A DNA stretch of 64,000 nucleotides from Nitrospirales bacterium. GTDB taxonomy: Bacteria; Nitrospirota; Nitrospiria; Nitrospirales; UBA8639. The stretch covers positions 2,464,001 to 2,528,000 of the forward strand of contig CBDBCZ010000017.1 in assembly GCA_965203295.1 (NCBI GenBank). The letters run 5' to 3'. How positions within the stretch are numbered: position 1 is the stretch's first letter; the number at the start of each line of letters is the position of its first letter. The notes beneath the pieces were generated by a model. The model searched no databases and was not told the DNA's origin. It worked only from the letters and a program-made list of their open reading frames with translations. Shown in pieces: positions 23,096-37,035 of the stretch. The translations under genes and the position numbers were made by a program.

Positions 23096-25152
23096 CATCA
23101 GTAACTTACTCTACGTGTACATGAACTTCAGAGATGTGTACACATACATATAATCTCGAAGGATGGTATACATTGCACTCAATTGCATGTGTCTAACATG
23201 AGCTTCATGAAGGCTCATGAGTGCTTATAGCTTTATGGGTGGATTGTATATAAAGTTCAGAATGCCAACTTCACACGAAGCTTCACAACAGGTCTCAATT
23301 ATCTCACAGGGATATTGTTTTAGCAATGCACTGAGTGGCTGTCTTGTGTGGTTAGTCGCTGCTAGTTCAAGGAAGTTTCAATTTCTGGGAGCTCTTTTTC
23401 GGAAGTATTTTCAACTTCTCAATAATATTCAGACTTACAATACGAAGGATTGAGATCCCTGTATCACAACTATTCGCAAGGTTTCCTACATAAATGTACA
23501 TGTATTTCTGTACATTTCTTTCTACATCTAGTATCGTGTGCCTAGACCAGAACTAATTAATACTGTCCTCTCTCTTTATTGTTTCAAGTTGTAGTGCTTT
23601 TTACCAGCTGGGTGCATTCAAAGCGTATGATGCCTTCAAGTTTTCTGCATTTTTTTGTCTGTCTGTCTGTTTGGTGTCTGTATTTCCGCACTTAACACAC
23701 ATTCTATGCAACTGTGCATGTACGTAGTCTACCAGTAGTTTTGAAAGGTTTGTAGTCCAAACTACAGCAAGTTTAGTCCTAGACAGCCATGCTAATCCTG
23801 TTTTAGTAGGTTACAGCTGTTAACTGCAAGTGTACAACAAATCTCAGCCTTAGCCTGTTATATGTACATGTACATTTAGTCTGCAGTTGCATTAGTTTGC
23901 CCTGTCCTGTTTGTAAAGCTGTTGATCCTTGGGTGTTTCACTCAACTTCTCAGCTGAAATAACACTCAAAACCAGCTGAGAAAGTAGCTTCTCAAGGGTA
24001 GGTAGCAGATCTGGCAGACTTGCTACCTACCCTTGAGATGCTAAAGTCGAGTTCAAGTGCAGTGAGTTCTCTGTATAGTTCTGTGTGGCTAAGAATTACT
24101 CATTTCTACTACTTTTAAATGGAAACACTATAGTCTCTTTTGTTACCACTGAACATGACTGCTGTATAGTGATCGAAACGTTTGGTGTTTCTTTGAGAGA
24201 GGCCAGTGTTTCCATCTAGTAGTGTAGTAAGTTGCTTGTGTATATTTAATTCTTTGCCTTTTTTTGCAGGCTGAGTATTTGCACTGAGTATTTGCAGCCC
24301 CATCTTCATGGTTTGGTTGCATTCCTGAATTAACTGATTCGACTGGAGTATTTTGAGAACAGTATAGGCTAAGCAGAGGAAAACTGGTTAGTAACTTGTT
24401 GTTTTTCTCGGTTTCTAGGAGTAACTGGAAAAAATTGTTATTGGTGACATGTCAAGCAGTGACTGTAGATAGAACATGTATGTATGTAAGCAAACCTTGT
24501 GACAGCACACAAAATTTAACTTATGAAGCAATAACATGGTACCTTGTTTTATCTGACAAAAGAGTTATAGTCTCCATTGGCCACTCTGCCTCACCGGTAC
24601 TCTGTGATGAAGTGCGCTCATTTGAGGCCATCATAACAATAGATTGTCAGAGCATTCCAACAGTTGAAACACTGAGAATTTAGTACTCATATGATGACAC
24701 CACAGTCTTCTTGCTCAATTGCATGCGCGTGATGTCACATCCGGGACGGACGGACAAACCAAGTATTGATGTATCAAATAACTGTGGTACCACATGCAAC
24801 TCTATACATATTGTTTGGGCTGTACTTATTTAATGCAGGCTATTGGCAGCTTAATTGAGCTGATGAAGCTAATGGGACCATGTTATATTGCACAAGTGAA
24901 AATGAAAGTGCTGGCTATCCTATAAGGTACAGTTGTATGGATAGTATTTTGATGATTAGTTATAAGAGAGTAGTCAATATGGATATGTACGACATGTATT
25001 TTGCTGCATGTCTGCTTGCTATAGGCACTGTCTACAACTAGGAGATGAAGAAATAACTGAATTGACCCTTTCAGCTTGGAACTGTTTCATCCATAGGTAA
25101 GCTGTCAGTGAGAGTACATTTTAGAAACACTCAGAACATAGTCTAGCTCATT

Positions 25153-25193
<41 letters not shown>

Positions 25194-28100
25194 AGATGAA
25201 AACACAAAGTAGATAGCTCAATTAATTTCCTTTTTTGTCTTTCATTTGCCCATTGTAGCAACGTACGATTCATTCTCAGCTACATAAGTCAATCTTGTGC
25301 AAAGTATTAGCAAGGTTTCATACATGGGAAAATTATGATGCATTAAGACAAGGTGGAATGGGACCTGATCAATTATACTTGCAACACCTTTGTACATACT
25401 TGTAGTTTTAGTTTGTACTGACACGTCATAATGGTTTGAACGCAAACTTGGGGGTAGTCAGCTAAGCTGCTGAAACCCACCAGATTCAATCTCTGGCCAG
25501 TTGTTTTGTAATAATTTGCTGTGGGGCATGCTCCCAAATTCCCCTAGAAGGATGTGAACTATTCCAAAAGGATTCCCCATGGTACGATGACACATTACTG
25601 TATCACACATTAAATATGTGATCTTCATACATAACGTCAAGATTTTAAGAGTATGGTGTTCTTTGTTTCCCTCTAGTGTGGAGCTGGAATCCTTGGGCCC
25701 CTTGCTGGGTCAGATAGTGGTTACACTCTCTCCTTTTGCTGATCACCACTCAGCAACTGTATCAAAAATCTTTGACTTTCTTATCATTCAGAACAAGTGA
25801 GTACTTGATTTGTGTATTTGTGAAGAACTCCACCAAAATACCAGTAGATACAATGTCATGTATGTGTTTCAGTATTTGTTGTTTCAATTTTTTTTCAGAG
25901 AGGTTCTTGGGTCTTTCTTTGATGAGATCTACTTCATGCCAGACGTGCCGTCTCTTGCTTGCATCAACACTGAGCTTAGGAAACACTCGTATACACCAAA
26001 AAGGTATCTTGTTCCAGGACAGAAGTGTTCATGTGAATGGGATGTCATAGGTAGAAGCAGGAAATGAGGTCACGGGTTGTTATTCACACTAGTGTGTTCA
26101 ATTGAGAATTTCTCAGTGCATACATACGTGTGTACATATGTGTGCGTACATATGTGCATGCATGTTTTCGGCCCACATGCTACATATTGTTTGAATCCAT
26201 GATTCAATACAACATTTCAGTTCACATATGACATATCCATGATCCAATTCAACTCTTGAAACTTTTACGAGACTACGCAATGGTTTGCATTCACCTGGTT
26301 TGTACAACTGGTAATTATACATGAATTCTAATTGGAGGTTGATACTGGGAAGCTAGAAGGAACAGTATAATGGAGCTTAGTAAGCTGATGTTGTTTATAT
26401 ACCACTACCATTACTTGCACTAGAACCCATCATATTGTAGGAGCATGTACTGAATGAGTTGGCTGGACTTGAGTCGTGCATTAACCCATATACGTAGTTG
26501 CTACTATTTTCCTTTTCCAGCCTTCACCAGCAACTACAACATGTCCTAAGAGGGGCATGCCATGGGCGTTCTGATGTGAGAATGGATGCATTGAAAGCAC
26601 TACACAGACTGTTGAGATCCAATCGAGTTTAGTTATTTGTATTATGATCAATATATGAACTGTACATACAGTGCATGTTCATGTAAGCTTTAAAACAATT
26701 CTTGTTCTGTTTATGCAGGTGGAGTTGGAGAAGTGCATGGTAGGAAGTGACACTGTTGATCCAGTCATTACAGAGATTGTAACAACAGTAAGTTGATTTC
26801 GCTTCATGAAGGAATGAAATTATGTCTATCTGACGTATTCCATACTCAATATTTTGTTCTCAAAATTGCTGCTTTGTCCTCAGCTTCTAAAAGGTCCGCG
26901 AGGCACTAGTTTTGAGCTTCGAGAAGAGTTTGGGAGGTGTCTAGGAGAACTTGGAGCTGTTGATCTCGGAAAGTATGTGCTGGTATACCACACTTTTGTC
27001 ATACAATTCTGTATTCTAGGTCAGTGTTGTACTAACTTGCAGCTGCCCAAGGAGTAGCATTCATACCCAATACTGTCCTACCCTTGAACCCACCGGAGAC
27101 GTAATTTTACTGACCAAATTTAGATTAGTGTTATGTCACATTTATGGGGGCGGGTATGTTTTCGGATTATGTACTTGCGAGCATCCTGTTAACTGCCTTA
27201 TGATGCCCCTTACTTGCTTGTGCTTGTGTATAATAATATGCCTGCTGTACATCCCCAGGCTGGATATTCCCATGGTGCCAACTTCGAAGACTGTGAAGTA
27301 CTTTGAGGTATACACGTATACTTGCTTACTAGTGATTTCTATTAGCCTTGTACTCATCTAATAAATTCAGGCAGAGGCTGAGTACAATGCATTCTTGTTT
27401 TAGTTTGTTCATATAATGAAGGATATACTTTGTTGACATTACATGTATATAAGTATGTGTGATTGTAGCACAACTAACTTACATGTACGTTTGTACGTAG
27501 CTTACAGGCTCTGGTATAATATTGTTGGTGTAATTTGTATCTGCACTTCGTTCAAACAGTATTTAGTACTAGTGCTGTTGTTACGGGAGGTATGCTACAA
27601 AACACTGCCAGTGTTTTTGCTGCTGTTTCCATTACAGTTATGCAATGGGATACAGCCTTACTTTGATTATGTACATACCTGTAAGTGTAATGGATAAAAT
27701 GGCTGTTGTCAAGACATGTAGGTGGGTAGCCTTGTATTCAATCGCATTGAAATTGGGAAATGTGTGTCTGGGTTCCACGTGGATTTCAGTGGGCATGTAT
27801 CAAGTGACATCTAAATAGTGGGTGTGTACAACAACGTAGTTCACACAGATTATTTACTAATAGCTATACTGTGACATTGAGGCGTCCTGTTTAACTTACT
27901 TGTGCCTATAGTCTGTTAGTCATGGGCACAATACATGCTATTTAACTACATAGCAGAAGCTATATTGTTGGGGTGAGCCAGTACGATAATAGTGAATAAC
28001 AAGAGGTATTCTTGGTTTTTACTGGTCGTTCTAATTGGTGAATTTTTTTCCCGCTGATGAGTGTTATTGTAGTCTCTGACAAATGAATCAGGTTAGCTCA

Positions 28101-28454
28101 TGACTACTGACTACATGCAAATTCAGCCACGTTGCAGTGAGCTCACTAACTTGGCAGGCCATATAATTTACAGGACCAAACCATTTGCAATGGCCCACGA
28201 AACTATTCAGTCATGCGAGTAAGCTTGCTATCGTTGATAGACAGCAATATGTGCATGCGTGCTCAATGTTTGATAGCAGACAATTAGTAGCCAGGGGTGC
28301 ATGGGTGGAATGGACATCACACAATTGCACCCCTGGCATAAAACCATTACGCATTGTTTTTGAGAGAAACGTAATATACATGTACAATGTCAGCATTCTA
28401 AGACTCATTTAGGCATTTGCTCTTCCTGTCATCAAATTACTTTCCCCTACCCAG

Positions 28455-29579
28455 GTGAAAAGTGGAACAGTAATTGTCAGTTTACGCAAGAATAAGAAAG
28501 ACAGGTGGCAGTTCCTTACCCACTGAGAAAAAAAACTAAAGGATGCCAAAGAATATGTTGTGGTACATTATTACAGTGTGTGGGGGATTTATAGTGTGTG
28601 TGGGAATTAGAGCTGGCTCTACCTACAACTTTGACCTTTGGGAAGTTAGTTGCCCTTGAAAGTGTCCCTTGGCAGTTTCTGGGACACAACCTCCTACAGC
28701 CAATAATGTACGTAAGTTAGAGCCCTCATTTCCAGGCTCTAGCTATTCAAGTGGGCTGTGTACCTGTTGATACTAATGTGGTTTAACAACAACATAGAGA
28801 AGCAGATTTAGATCTGTTCTGGAGTATAAGTACCCAAGTACCAAGCTACAATCCACCTCCTGAACCGTAGCACCCAAGCAAATAAAAGTACCCAATGAAT
28901 ATAAGTACCCATCAGACAACTAAATGCAAACTTACCAGTGCAGCAATGTCTTCAGTGCCATAGATATACTGCAAACCAGTGATGACGGCACTAGGGTCAT
29001 CAAAATCTCCGGTATAAGCGTACAGTACTTGGATGTGTGGGGATGTTATTACATTTTGACACATGATGCCAAATGACCCCTGTTGTGTGTGTGTGTGCAA
29101 ACAGAGTCTTCTGTGCATTTTCTCAGTGCAGATTGTGTGGTGTACTTATAATCACAGGATACTTTTCAACAATGAAAAAATACAGTATTACATGGGTGGT
29201 CTCTCTTCGCACAGTGAAGTGCATACTCACAAGGCAGTTCTATGTCCCCACGGATGGCCCGCTCCAAATAGAAGTACTTATGCTCCAAAGTTTACATTAT
29301 TAGCATCTCTTTGATAAACTTTTTTACCTCTTGTATGTTAGACTTCATATTTTAGCTTTTGCTCTAGAACACATAAACTGATTATTCAGTCAGCTGGTAT
29401 TTTGTCATTGCTGTAAAAAAAACCCTCCAAGGGAATCAACGAAGAAGACCTTGGAGCAGGCCTGATGAACATGATGAAGCAGGTATCAAGATGGTGATGT
29501 TGAAATGAAGAGAACCATCGCTAAGTCGTGGTATGAGTCCAAGCAGAATAGGATAGCAAAAGGCGAAGGTGAATTTTAA
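28455..29579 (+). pseudogene. CACYBP: Calcyclin-binding protein (CacyBP/SIP) 3' exon fragments, disabled
   Basis: VKSGTVIVSLRKNKKDRWQFLTH*EKKLKD (end of CS domain) and EEDLGAGLMNMMKQ/YQDGDVEMKRTIAKSWYESK (SGS-like). Contains a stop and a frameshift. Confidence 0.75.
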
Positions 29580-32500
29580 ACTTGGAAGTTACTGCTTTAA
29601 TCTGCAAGCTGCATGTTCTGATTCTACACTTTTTCTTGTGCAATGGAACATGAGATGTTTAGTACAATAATTGTAAGTAAATTATGCAACAGGATAATTA
29701 GGACTTAATTGTACATCATTATATTATGCATGCCTTGCCATGAGCTGTTTATATAGTACACCAGTTCTCATAAAACTTGACAGCAAACTAGAAATGGTAA
29801 AACCACTGACTCCTAGGGTAAATGCTTTGATTCAAGAAGTGATCACCTTTCAGGAGAGGACTTCAAAGCCTAATTAATCACTCACCCACCCATTAGTGTA
29901 GTAGGCTTTACTTGCGAAGGTAGTGAAAACTGCCGTAATCATAATATGCCTAAGTCATAATGCCTCACTCTATATACTTAGACTATGGTATGCATAATCT
30001 ACTTTGATTTTTTGACTTTAATGAGGTCTCTAAAATCCATTAGACCCCTCATCAAAAATTCATATTTCATATAGAGAAATTGAAAGCTGGAAACCATAGT
30101 CTAAGCTAGTTAGTGATCTCAGACAGGTATCTTAGCTGTTTAGAGACCTTCAGGATGCTCCTATAATCACCGAGGGCAAAGGTCTTCAGGTCTCTAAAAC
30201 AGCTAAGATACCTGCCTGAGGTCACTAACCTATACTCAACCTCATTCCCAGGCCATGTGTAAAATTTTGAGCACCTGAGAACAAGGCTACTGTAACCACT
30301 GTCTCCAGACATGATGCTGTATTATTAATTAATTACACTGCGGAAGAGTGGTTTAAAGAAAATAGGAGTGACCCAAGTGAAAAGTGAATGCAAGGTTGCA
30401 CATTTAATCTTATAACAGACTAATGTGAGTAAATAATTGTAAGTCCTTCTTATGAAGGCAGTACATGTACCTACGTATAATAGTCACTGTGAATAAAGCT
30501 GTAGCTGTACTTGGTTCTCACAAAGGTGAGGAATACAACGAAGCCATCATGCAGTGTAATGTAGCTACTGTTGGCCAAGTCTTGTAGCCTTTAAGTATAC
30601 ACAGTTATTACACACACTGTCATATTAACAGTTTTATTTATGGTTCAAGGACCTATACATCCCGAGATGAAATAGACTCCAGAATATACTTGAGAGTGTA
30701 TAGAAGATGCCAAGATGATACAGTGAACAAAGAATCAACTCCAAATACTTTTGATCTGTATATATGCAGTATAGGTAGTGAGATCACTCACTAACACATG
30801 GAGGCTGCAGTCCTCTATTCACAACATAATGAAAATGATGTGCAAAAGAATTTTAAAGCACTTTTGTTATAATAGAAGAGACTAGCTGTATTTGATATAA
30901 AGAAAGGGTATAGGAAGTCATGTGGCAGCTGTCTCACTAGTTGACTGAAGTATCTGAGCTGGTCCCTCACTAACATCAGTGAAGGTGACAACTGTTTGCA
31001 GCCTCACAGGCACCATAGCAGACCCAACAGAGCAGTAGGTACCTCGACACTGGAGATAGCAGACAGATATATATGTATCATGGTGCAAAATTCGTTCAGC
31101 AATCTATTTTTCTTACATGCTACAGATTATCTCAGGGAGACTAGCAACCTGGTAAGACAGCAGACAGTTACCGACTTGTGGTATACTTGCAAAGGTTGCT
31201 GGCAGCTTTCTGCATATCAACGTATTATTTATCTTTACAAGGTAGTTCTGAAGCTAGTTTTAGTACATTCAGTTAGCATGCAAATGCTGTATAGCTTTAT
31301 GGGTTGCTGTAGACACATGGCCTAAGCAACTGGCATCAGCCTAGTTCAACAAATCAGAGGGAAAAGCAGTACATGTACATACGCTGGTGAAGAAAGGGTG
31401 AGTTGTTATTGAGAGTCTTTCATATTGTTGATTAGCTAAAGCCAAATGGAGCAACTTCTATAATAGAATACATATGTCCAACACAGAGTATTTTTATTTA
31501 CACCCATCCGTCAACAGCAAATCAGTGTACATGTAATGAGTGCATTGAGTATGGAATGGATAGAGATGCCCTTTTAGTTTTCATGTACTTCGTAATGCAA
31601 ACTTACCAGTGCAGCAATGTCTTCAGTGCCATAGGTAGTGATGACGGCACTAGGGTCATCAAAATCTCCGGTATAAGCATACAGTACTTGGATGTGTAGG
31701 GATGTTATAACATCTTGACACACGATGCCAACAGACCCCTGTTTTGTGTGTGTGCAAACAGAGTCTTCCTGTTAGTATGTCAGTTCCTTTATTAATGCTG
31801 GGGATAACTAGTCTACAATGATGAATGCATTACCAATACTGATCACAGTAAACTCATGCATACATGCAGTGTCACACAAGCACATAACTAATAAATAATG
31901 AAAGCACTGAAGTGTAAACCTCACCCAGCATTCTTAGACTATAAATGTAACGTACATTTTGGTTAAAGGCTAGTCCCGTATGCTACCACTAAAAGTGGTG
32001 GCTTTTATGATGTATATGATTGGTTCCGCCAAGCAAACGGTAATTGCTAGCACAATATTCAAAACTATGTCATTCAGAGGTCGAAGTACATAATGGCCGA
32101 CAGCTCAGTTTGTGCAGCTTAGTTATATACACGAGCAGACGGAGATGCAGCGTTTGATGTACCAGTAGCCTGTACAGAAGCAGACCACTGCGGGCATAGC
32201 CTAGTAACAGGCATTGTGCATTAAATATGCTACAAGCAAACTCACAACCGCCAGAAGAATGTTGTTTTGCTACAAGCAAACCCACAAAAATGCTGTTCGA
32301 GAATAGAAGCACGTGTAGTCATGTAAAGAGCTAGAGCCCTACGTGCTACCCCGTGACCCATTAAGGGGTGTGGTTTGCCACATCAAGAGCCTACTTCTAG
32401 AGCTATTCATGTACATGTAAACTCAACAGATGATATTTTTCCTATTGATGTAGTGGTTCACTAAGTTAGCCTATAATTACTACTTTGAGAAGGATTTGTA

Positions 32501-33056
32501 CCCAGGCTTCCTCTCCACCTCTTTTGTACAGTGCCTAAAAGCTGGGAGAGGAGCCTGCATGGATGAGTTTATGATAAATGGATTGGTTGCCTTATAGTGT
32601 AATAAATTTTTACAGCATTTAAATGTTGTGGGTTTGTAACTGGGTCAAGATAAGACTTTCTGGAGCCATAGTGATCACAAGGATAACAGTCTCATTTCCA
32701 TGAATTAGCTATGGCGATATTCTTAGCTGATTCAGTTTTACCAGCCAATGTACATTTAATAAGTATCCACATTTGCAGTCCAGCTGTGAAAATCAAGGCT
32801 GTCAGGCAGCACATTGTATGACAATCAACTTGATTGCATGGCCTAGCTGGGAACAATATAATCCTTGTCCATTGTTTAACACCCAATATTATTCTTCCCT
32901 CTCTCCTCCACACAGCCTCACTAACCTGGTAGAAGTCTCTGTATGTCTCCATCTCGAGCTGTAATGGAGGCCGGCTCCCTGGTCCCCCATATGTTTCAAG
33001 CTGTGAGGAGAACTGCTCCACAGTGCCAACGAAATCTGGGTCATCAAACATCAGCC
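28935..33056 (-). pseudogene. Exon fragments of an unidentified gene; one exon present twice (~28935-29110 and ~31606-31770)
   Basis: AG/GT-bounded ADVFDDPDFVGTVEQFSSQLETYGGPGSRPPLQLEMETYRDFYQ, plus a duplicated ..VLYAYTGDFDDPSAVIT..YGTEDIAAL|GTAAG exon. Confidence 0.45.
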
Positions 33057-33154
33057 TGGAAGGGTCTGAAAAGAAAACAGCTTACAAAGTTGTAATTAAG
33101 AACAGTTTGCAACCCCCCAAAAAAGAGAAAAATACAAATGTATTTAAAGGACAA

Positions 33155-33312
33155 CAGTGAAATCCCTCTATTGTGGACACCTTGGGGACATGGTATAGAT
33201 AGGTGTCCACATTTCAGGGGTAAATTCATATTATTAAGATGGGACATAGCAAAGTGTCCTTAATATAGAGGTGTCCATAATTCAGGGATATCCTTTATGA
33301 GGGGATCCACTT
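33155..33312. mobile_element. Degenerate Tigger-like MITE
   Basis: CAGTGAAATCCCTC ... GAGGGGATCCACT ends and internal GGACAC/GTGTCC repeats. Confidence 0.55.
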
Positions 33313-34771
33313 AATTTATAAGGGGAGACAGTGACTATAGTTTTTACTTGCGAGTTCTAAGGTTGATTTTGAAAACCGATTTTGAATTCTCTATTTGCTA
33401 TAGCCTTGTAAATTTTTTGAGGGTGGGGGGCTTCATATATGAGAATTTAATGTCCTGTATCACTTACTGCGATCCCTCTGCACACAAAATGCTCCGGGAT
33501 TTGGACATGAACACGAGTGAAGAGAAGAGCGTAGGATGTCATCTGACTCGAGGTATACTTGGTCCACTGGGCTTTAGGGACAAACAGTGGAGCAGTACAG
33601 CAAATTCATAAGCAAATCTATTTGCCCGAAAACACATCACAGTAGTATCAGCTATTGGGAAAGGTATATATGGTGTAAATATCATGTTACGTAAACAGTG
33701 AAATTGAGGGGGTCTACATATTTACAGCCCTGTAATTATAAACCCTCAGGGCCTGTTGGTTTTAGATCCCTATAAGACATTTATACTAAATTGGTTCTCA
33801 CAATAGCAACCATTAAGCTGGCTAACTGTGAGACGACTCTAATCTCGAGTTTTCCAGCAACCAACAACAGCTTCACTGTTGGAACCTAAACTCAGAAACT
33901 GATTCACAGACTGATCATGACATCATGGAGACCTATCTCAGCTGCTTTTGAGTGCAGCACTACTAGCAGTGGCAAGTGGGCAATTGTGCTAGAATTAGCG
34001 CTCTCAAATGTACGTAAGTCACCTGAAGATCCAAAGGAACTTTGTCCCGAAACTAGCTACCTGCAATACAACTAGGGCCAGGCCGCACCCACATACACCA
34101 TCCATCACAACCGATGACCCGCCCCTTTGCCATCATCCAGGCGATAAACAATTAATGTTCCGTACCGATGCGCAACTTGTACTTGTCCGGTTACGCAACG
34201 CAACCCGACGCCGGTTGCGTAAAACCGTATACACCTCCACGTGGTCGATCGAACTTGCAGACTACTTGCAGGACCAGAGACGGTATGCAGTGGCTTGCAC
34301 TGTGTGGGCAACTCGAAATCAGGAAACAATTTAGTATGGAGTTGTCTTTGGCCAGATCTGCGAGCAAGTGAGTCCTTAGATTTAGGGATTGGTACGACTT
34401 ATTTCTGCATGAACGTGCGCTCTCATCAGCTATCAATCCGTAATATTTCTTTGGCTGCACTATAATAAATCGTAGGTGGATGCTAAATAGAACCCCACGG
34501 ATTTCTCACGCGGATCCTTGGAGTGTTGAAAATTTCATCTGTACTTTAATAAGTATGATGTAATTTCCGTAAAAAAAAAATTGCCACCATGTGTTCATTT
34601 GTTTACGAGTCGGACAGTGCGTGGTTAGCCTGCATACACCATATGTGATATCTGTGGACGGGGGGTTGTTCATGGTGATGCTGTGGTACTCCGTCCCTGC
34701 TTCCTGTGCAAAAGAGAGATTGCTAACTGCCGGATTCTTTATGGTGACTCGCAGCCACCAAGCACTTCCTA

Positions 34772-34890
34772 CCGGTGTACACGCAATATTGGGACCCCCC
34801 AAAATGGGGACCCCCGGTCCCCATATCACTAGAGATATGGGGACCGGGGTCCCCGAAATCTCTAGCGATATGGGGACCGAGGGGCCGCAA
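34772..34890. mobile_element. One end of a Ginger-like TIR element
   Basis: CCGG|TGTACAC followed by clustered GGGGACC/GGTCCCC subterminal repeats. No partner end was found. Confidence 0.4.
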
Positions 34891-36649
34891 AGCGCTGGTG
34901 GTATGGAGATCCTTTATTACAAATTTATGTATCAATGTAAGCGTAGTGTACGTAAGAATTTTTTGTCACTTCTATATATGCAGTTGGCTAATTGAAGAGG
35001 TCATCCATTGTTTAGCTACATGATGGAAGAGTTTATTTACTTTGCCTCTGTTAGAGATATGTCAATGATTAGCTATTGTTCATGTTGTAGTTGTAACCAT
35101 GCTCAAAGATGCTTTAGGCCCTTTCCTGTTTTCTTGTACATAGACTTCTGACTCCTCATTTTCCCTTGTCCTTGCCACCTGTTCTTGTGCCACCTGTCTA
35201 TGGAACATTCTAGAACTCTCTTCTTTTCTATATATAGTGTCTCTTTTTGCCACTGTGTAGTTGTTCAGTTGTTCAGTCTTCACGATTACTATTGGAATGT
35301 TACTGAGAAGTTGGTGTACCTATCTACTCTGCGCATCGTTAATCTACTGAAAGCATGCGTCCCTGGCTAGTTCAACTAGTCAACGTTTGACCCGAGAAAA
35401 AACTCTACCAAAACAGCCTCAGGTACGTGCTGTCGATACTTAAACCTTGCTCTGCGCTGGTTTACGCTTGTATATATGTACGTACGTATAGTGACTCATC
35501 TTGTGCTTGGATAAAGTGGGTACGTTGAGTCATACTCTGTGTCGGGTTATGGCCGTTGCATAGTAAAAACATTGCATTTCCAGGTTTTGAAGACAAATTA
35601 GATATTTAATAATTGCATACGCATGTAACGTTACACCTGTTTGTGTACTAATGTTTGCTTGTTCGAGATGAACTCCTAATTCACAATTATTTAAACCTTA
35701 CAGTTAAAACCTTATGGTGTACCTCTACTGCAGCAGTGCTGGAAATCGTATCTATTGCAGCAGTAACTGTGCAGCACTTCTTGCATGTGTTGGTCAAGCC
35801 CTCAACTATTAGGTTATTGATATGAAGGGTATACGTGTACCTATAGCATGCTGGTCTTTTACTCTTTGTTCTTCAGACCTTGCCAAGCTAGACCAACAGT
35901 GGCTTGATAATGAGCTACAGTTCCCAGTCTACCTCTCTCACTTTCAATTCTCTTGGGGGAAGATGGACCAAGATGATGGTTGCAGAAAGGTACACCAAAA
36001 CCCTCTGTGTGTACTACTAAAGTTATCACTATTTTGGGAGGTATATAGGTTTGTATATACCAGATCTCCATGCAGACCTTTTTTGCAACCATATGAACAA
36101 AACGAACATTATTCTGTCTCATTGATCGCATCACTGCATTTGAAATGTGATGTCTCTGAACTTCCGTATATACACCGAAGGTTATATGCGGTGCGTGGTT
36201 GCATAGATAGTTGCTGCATTTATTGAGCCCCACAAGTATGACGCCTGTTCTCTATCACACACGGTCTTTTTATTCACATAGATGTGGCATACAGTGGCTC
36301 GAAAAATTATGCTTATACAAACCTTCCTGTTGTTTTGCGGGCACGGCAGTGTGTTCCTCTCCCATGTAGAGCTAGGCCGCAAAGTACAATATCATGTGTT
36401 GTTTGACAAGGTGTATGTTAGTAAGACAGACAGCACATGGCACAATCAAGTTGCTCACGAATCGCAAGGGATATTGACGTTGCATATATAGCTGCTGCAC
36501 TGTATTGTCAGCAGAAGTGTAAGAATATACATGTGCTATCGATTATGAGTACACTACGAATAGAAGGGATCTGTGGTAGACAGTCATTTATTTCATTCTG
36601 GTGTGTTGTGGCTGCCTTACATACATGTCAATTGCTGACATTTCATGTC

Positions 36650-37035
36650 TAAAAAACCAGCCGGGCACCTTTCCCGTACAATACACGCAACTCAGCTTAG
36701 GCCAAGCTACCTGCTGCTATAGAATGCGGTACAGCAAAAGTGCTGACTCAGCAGTTTCGGTGTGCGCCTCCAGTTAGTAGCTATACCCCATGAAAACGGG
36801 ATCTTTAAGGCTGCCTACCAAGTTTTCGCCATCTAGGCAACACACAACTCATTTGCTGTAGCTTAGTCTGCAATCCTCCAAAAGTTGCTATACACTGCAG
36901 TTGCATAGTAACATATGACGTAATATATTGCGCACGTAATAAGTGTGGACACACAAACAAACAAACACACAGACACGGAAAACGTAAAGCAATCTTAGGA
37001 CCAGCCGTTCGTGCGCTGCGTGCGCTCCAGCTGGT
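36650..37035 (-). repeat. Dispersed repeat family copy (HINE-like, with a (TTTG)n tract); relatives at ~23620-23800, 43690-44095 and 46410-46790
   Basis: Inverted high-similarity match to 43690-44095. The shared pseudo-peptide YVTMQLQCIA.FGGLQ.KLQQM appears in the ORF track. Confidence 0.8.

Noticed and set aside
34008..34465. Cluster of overlapping ORFs in a GC-richer patch
   Set aside because: No recognisable domain or splice structure. It may be a promoter or TE fragment, but I cannot support a call.
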